Shown in pieces: positions 61,994 through 64,000 of a stretch of 64,000 nucleotides of DNA. Source of the stretch: Entomortierella parvispora E1425 (lineage: Eukaryota > Fungi > Mortierellomycota). The stretch lies in assembly GCA_020891255.1 (NCBI GenBank), contig BQFW01000005.1, positions 1,550,001 through 1,614,000 on the forward strand. Reading direction: 5' to 3'. The notes under the pieces are model-generated. The model was not told the DNA's origin. It saw nothing but the letters and a program-made list of their open reading frames with translations, and did no database searches. The translations under genes and the position numbers were made by a program. Positions within the stretch are counted from its first letter, which is position 1, and every line of letters begins with the position of its first letter.

Positions 61994-62506
61994 TTAACAT
62001 CTTGGGCCAGAGCAATCGCAAGTCTGGAACATCCGGGATACCCGCTTGTAAAAGGCTTGTGAATCAATAGTCCCCTGGAACACATGTCCATTACTGTATT
62101 TGTATTGAGTCACAGATGCTGCGAAGCTGGGGACAACACGACTCATCCCATCGTGAATTTGACTCAGTGCTTGCGTGCTCTGCTTAGTTCCATCGACAGT
62201 TCCAACTTCTTGCTGGCCTGATTTCATGGTTTCCTCGACGGTTTCCTTGCGCTGCCAACACCTTGTCCTGGCGCATGCATATGCACAAATTGCCAAACCA
62301 CACATTGCAACCACTCCGAGCGCGCACCAAATCGACGCCACACAGACGGGACTGGCTGTGAATATGGGGCCCGCACAAGCCGTTATCGCGGCGGCTGCAT
62401 CTCCGGCTGGATTCTGAACGGACGATGGAATTTCGGACCATCCCAACGGAGGAAGCATTTGAGCGTCATCCCAGGTGCCATAGCAGGTGAGTCCGGGAGC
62501 GGCCAT
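61994..62506 (-). CDS. Hypothetical small protein with a Cys-rich hydrophobic segment (may be a gene relic)
   Basis: 170-aa ORF containing ITACAGPIFTASPVCVASIWCALGVVAMCGLAICAYAC followed by a polar helical stretch. No family recognised. Confidence 0.35.
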   Translation of the reverse strand: MAAPGLTCYGTWDDAQMLPPLGWSEIPSSVQNPAGDAAAAITACAGPIFTASPVCVASIWCALGVVAMCGLAICAYACARTRCWQRKETVEETMKSGQQEVGTVDGTKQSTQALSQIHDGMSRVVPSFAASVTQYKYSNGHVFQGTIDSQAFYKRVSRMFQTCDCSGPRC

Positions 62507-63143
62507 TGAGGTGTTTCAGTCCGACGTTTCAAAGTCATCCAGCGCTCTCGGCAGAGCAGCGGTGATGTTGAACAGGGTTGATGCAGGTAAGATTACCTTG
62601 ATAATCAGAACTAATAACTTCATAGATGTGTGCTTTGAAAGTGGGAGTGATATATAATACTGTAAGTATCCACCGAGGAAGAGGGGACACCTGCGAATCG
62701 CAAGGAATGATTGTCTGGAGAGGTTTTTGGTTACCTTGTTGGATGAAGAGAAAGTTGATAGGGATTTTTTTTATTTTTTATTTTTTTTTTGGGAAGCGAT
62801 TTCCTTCCCTATTTATGCAGTATTTGTATCCGAGAGGTTTTCGTCAATGAAATTCGAGCTCCAATACGATTGAATCCATATCATTTTCCGATGGCTAACA
62901 AAGAGGCACGATCTCATGCGACGACTTTTCCATGTATCACAGGAAGGGCGCAATTCTTTCCGTCCAGAAAATCCAAGTCGTCTCTTGAAATTAGACAACC
63001 TATTCACCTCAACGCTTTGAACTACGCTAGAAATGATGGCTGTTAGAGACTGTATCGTATCGCCTGTCAACGTTACATATCCACTTCCCGGTAAACTCTC
63101 ATGAATTGCGCCCTACTCGCAAGTAGCGAAAATCAAAACAGAG

Positions 63144-63997
63144 ACGCATTTAGTTGTGACCAAAAATGGAAGTCGCCTTGAGCATGCTGGAAGGATTTGA
63201 AGACCGTTGGGACTCATGACTGAACCAGTTGCGGTGTGGCATCAAGCATTTTCCTACCTTTTGCATATCCAGTCCATTAACCTATTATACTCCCACGCAC
63301 CGCGCCCAAGCATGGTCGCAAAATGTACACGCACAAACAAAAACGCATTCAGTTGTGACCAAAAATGTCAAGTCGTCTCTCCGATGAGCATGTTGGGGGG
63401 ATTTGAAGACCGCTGAGACCCATGACTGAACTAATAGTGGTGTGGTATTGTCACGGTCGGACGGCAGAAACAGGATGATGGATGTGGAAAGGAATAAACT
63501 TTAATGTATACTGTGAGTTGGAGACTGGGGGACTATGACGTCGCGTGTATGGGTTTTATACTGGCAGGCGGGCGATTCCCTCATCGGTTATGAATGGTCC
63601 AGAGGAGAACGAGATAGAAGATAGAAGGCAGAGGTCGTTCTGGTCAAGGTAACCGAGTAAGAAACCATTGCGCGAGGATTGGAGGAAGATGTGTACATGG
63701 GCAGGGCTACATCCGAGGGCAGAGGCGGCAGGGGCATTGAGGTGACGAGAGAGATCATAGATGCAGCCAAGGTCAACTAGGCGTAGGCGAACAGGGATTG
63801 GTGTATGGGGATATTGGTCGGGGGTTTGAGGTGTTGGTCCAATGAGCCCTAGGCAGGGCACACTGGGAAAGGCGCGTTTTTTTTTTTTTTTTTTTTTTTT
63901 TACCGGGGAACAGTCTAGGTTCGCGACAGGTATCGGCATTTTCCTACATGTTGCATACCTGTCCATTGAACCAAGCATACTCCCACGCACCGCGCCC
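63144..63997. repeat. Degenerate direct repeats (~200-bp period plus a 690-bp-offset copy)
   Basis: 63144-63241 matches 63343-63448 (shared AGTTGTGACCAAAAATG, GGATTTGAAGACCG, CATGACTGAAC). 63246-63307 matches 63936-63997 (shared GCATTTTCCTAC and the 21-mer ATACTCCCACGCACCGCGCCC). Confidence 0.8.
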
Positions 63998-64000
63998 GCT

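Noticed and set aside
62506-62570. In-frame TGA just upstream of the Cys-rich ORF (selenocysteine or readthrough idea)
   Set aside because: No redox motif around the TGA and no SECIS-like element seen.
63556-63990. - strand ORF with F-box-like LLGYLDQNDLCLLSSIS
   Set aside because: The ORF runs through a homopolymer (poly-Lys artefact) and repeat DNA; only ~17 residues resemble an F-box.

Overview
Intron-rich eukaryotic DNA (short GT-AG introns, poly-A/T tracts, microsatellites). The gene content is fungal; an early-diverging, Mortierellaceae-like origin is my inference from gene style and was not tested. About 20 protein-coding genes can be assembled from the exon-sized ORFs. Housekeeping genes: sugar porter (partial), SDR, eIF4A-III, Blm10/PA200, V-ATPase subunit a, GRIP golgin, Bsd2/NDFIP-like adaptor, SRP72, GST and Med12. 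Secreted or surface proteins: PNGase A-type amidase, LPMO-like X325/Bim1 copper protein, ADAM metalloprotease, claudin-like tetraspan and an Ig-like GPI protein. Accessory genes: two paralogous short F-box/CxxC proteins, a zf-3CxxC protein and several orphans. I saw no rRNA, tRNA or CRISPR array. The most unusual signal is non-coding: a tandem array at about 26.14-26.66 kb of roughly 95-nt double-hairpin units whose copies differ by compensatory base-pair changes, with G-U pairs and GNRA loops pointing to a + strand structured RNA or ssDNA element. The last 5 kb is repeat-rich and accessory-like. Gene boundaries were spliced by eye, and family calls rest on recognised motifs, not database searches.
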